From positions 2,876,315 through 2,940,314 of the forward strand of contig BFEA01000018.1 in the NCBI GenBank assembly GCA_003427395.1: 64,000 bases of DNA, given 5' to 3'. The stretch's first letter is position 1, and each line of letters begins with the position of its first letter. A model generated the notes under the pieces. That model did no database searches. It was not told the origin of the DNA and saw nothing but the letters and a program-made list of their open reading frames with translations. Of this stretch, positions 61,579 to 64,000 are shown piece after piece. This stretch comes from Chara braunii (lineage: Eukaryota; Plantae; Charophyceae). The translations under genes were made by a program, and so were the position numbers.

Positions 61579-62318
61579 NNNNNNNNNNNNNNNNNNNNNN
61601 NNNNNNNNNNNNNNNNNNNNNNNNNNNNNNNNNNNNNNNNNNNNNNNNNNNNNNNNNNNNNNNNNNNNNNNNNNNNNNNNNNNNNNNNNNNNNNNNNNNN
61701 NNNNNNNNNNNNNNNNNNNNNNNNNNNNNNNNNNNNNNNNNNNNNNNNNNNNNNNNNNNNNNNNNNNNNNNNNNNNNNNNNNNNNNNNNNNNNNNNNNNN
61801 NNNNNNNNNNNNNNNNNNNNNNNNNNNNNNNNNNNNNNNNNNNNNNNNNNNNNNNNNNNNNNNNNNNNNNNNNNNNNNNNNNNNNNNNNNNNNNNNNNNN
61901 NNNNNNNNNNNNNNNNNNNNNNNNNNNNNNNNNNNNNNNNNNNNNNNNNNNNNNNNNNNNNNNNNNNNNNNNNNNNNNNNNNNNNNNNNNNNNNNNNNNN
62001 NNNNNNNNNNNNNNNNNNNNNNNNNNNNNNNNNNNNNNNNNNNNNNNNNNNNNNNNNNNNNNNNNNNNNNNNNNNNNNNNNNNNNNNNNNNNNNNNNNNN
62101 NNNNNNNNNNNNNNNNNNNNNNNNNNNNNNNNNNNNNNNNNNNNNNNNNNNNNNNNNNNNNNNNNNNNNNNNNNNNNNNNNNNNNNNNNNNNNNNNNNNN
62201 NNNNNNNNNNNNNNNNNNNNNNNNNNNNNNNNNNNNNNNNNNNNNNNNNNNNNNNNNNNNNNNNNNNNNNNNNNNNNNNNNNNNNNNNNNNNNNNNNNNN
62301 NNNNNNNNNNNNNNNNNN
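61490..62318. other. (CA)n(GA)n microsatellite running into a 740-N assembly gap
   Basis: Direct inspection. Confidence 0.95.
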
Positions 62319-63580
62319 TTCTCCGTACTCTTGTTACCCGCCTCTCTCCCTTTTCTCTTTCCCTCCTTACTCCCTTTCCCTCTATCCCGTCTTCTCCGTC
62401 CCCCCTTTTCTCTCTCCCTAACTCCCTTTCTCCCGCTCTCTCCCTCTCTCTACCTCTCTATCCCTCTCTCTCCCTCTCCCTCTCCGTCTCTCCCTCTCCC
62501 CCTCCCTCTCTCTCCCTCTTTCTCCCTCTTTCTCCCTCTCTTTCTCCCTCTCTCTCTCCCTCTCCCTCTCTCTCCCTCTCTTTCTTTCCACCTTTCTCTC
62601 CTCGCGCAAAGGTACACTGTCTGTTAAAACAATTCACTACGTCGATCTGTCTTTCTTGTTTCATTTATTATTTTCCTCTTCCTTTCTCCTTTCCCTGCTC
62701 TCTCTCTCTCTCTCTCTCTTTCGCTCCCTTTCTCCTTTTCTTCTACTCCGTCTTCGGATCTTTGTTTCAAAAGTGGGAGGACACTTGGGAGATGAACATC
62801 CAGCGGCGAGAAGTGTGACCAAGGACGTGACGGAGAATGAGTATACTACAGGCAAGAGGATAGATAGGTGGGCAAGGACTGGAAGTGTACGGTATAAATA
62901 CCTAGATGATGGCTGGAAAGATTACCTGAGCAGAGAGGCAGAAGGGTGATCGCGACTTCGTGTTGTCGCATGCCATGGGCAGGACGTGTATTCTGTGAGA
63001 GTAAAGCCTCGCACGTATTGTCCAATTCGCAAGTGTTATCTCTTTCTCTCTCTCTTTCTCTTCCCCTCCCTTTCTCCTTTTCTTCTACTCCGTCTTCGGC
63101 CCTTTGTTGCTCTCTCTCTCTCTCTCTCACGTTCTCTCGTGAGGAGAGGCAGTGTCTGTCTCTCCTGTGGACTAACTCACGCTCCTCACGTGTCTATCAT
63201 TCCGTTCGAGTTAGGGTTCTCTGTTCCCCTCACGTGTCTATCATTCCGTTCCGAGTTAGGGTTCTCTGTGTGATGCGCCTCTCGCCTACGAACATGTGCC
63301 TGTTACTCCAGGTGACAATGATGGTGGGGATGACGACGGTGATATGATGATAATGATGGTGTTGATGATGTTGATGGTGATGATGAATGGCGGTGAGGAT
63401 GGATGATGGATGATGATGATGCTGATTATGGCGATGATGAGGATTGCTGTGATGTGACTGTCTTCTCCTGGGGCCGCTGCGTTGTGTTCGCTATTAGCGT
63501 GCGCGATGTTCTGTCGTTGTTCGCCGCTGCCGCTGTCATAGATCTCTTCGACTTTGCCGGCTTGTGCTGCTCGAGGCGAC

Positions 63581-63685
63581 CTTCGTCCCCCAAACACAAC
63601 GCCCCGGCATTAGGACTGTCCTTAGGGCTGAAACAGCATTTGGACAGGTTCATGGTGGTGGGGCGTTATGTTCGGGGGAACAAAG
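63581..63685. mobile_element. Degenerate MITE related to the 28870 family
   Basis: cttcgtcccccaaacacaacgcccc / ggggcgttatgttcgggggaacaaag. Confidence 0.55.
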
Positions 63686-63759
63686 CAGCAAGTGAGTGGG
63701 CTCGTGTCCAGTTTCAGATGCAAGAACATTCGTGTGGGTCCACGTGTGTGTGTGCGTGT

Positions 63760-63849
<90 letters not shown>

Positions 63850-64000
63850 CAGGGTGTTCCCCTCCTTAGGGCAGGGTGTTCCATCACCCCTTGGCAGTTT
63901 CAGATGCGAGAACGTGTCTATTTGCGTGATTGTGCGCACGTTGATTTGAATGCCACCTGGAATGGAATGGAACGAACATTCGTGTGGGTCCACGTGTGTG

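Noticed and set aside
61181-62818. 545-aa ORF and other RE/SL-rich ORFs (30764-31280, 54422-54711, 63622-63993)
   Set aside because: Produced by N gaps and microsatellites.

Overview
Repeat-dominated nuclear DNA of a green plant lineage organism (inference: streptophyte alga or plant, from psbO and a plant-type U6 sequence). It comes from a short-read assembly with N gaps and two untrimmed Nextera mate-pair junction adapters. The only clearly intact gene is an intronless psbO (29763-30776), possibly head-to-head with a small spliced gene. About 22 kb is decayed L1/Tx1-type LINE sequence, including a near full-length element with a ~1040-codon ORF1 that carries a duplicated 70-aa domain. The rest includes MITEs of several superfamilies, a tRNA-derived SINE family and a U6 retro-pseudogene. 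The most unusual signal lies in the first 17 kb. A ~400-540 nt non-coding module occurs in at least four diverged copies (3495, 10064, 11279, ~16058). Its multi-branch secondary structure is kept by compensatory base changes, with GNRA and UUCG loops and many G-U pairs on the + strand. It is a candidate undescribed large structured RNA carried by an unclassified mobile element. That region also contains orphan intronless ORFs, LTR-like motifs, a satellite made of palindromes and motif arrays. All alignments and folds were done by eye and no database search was run.
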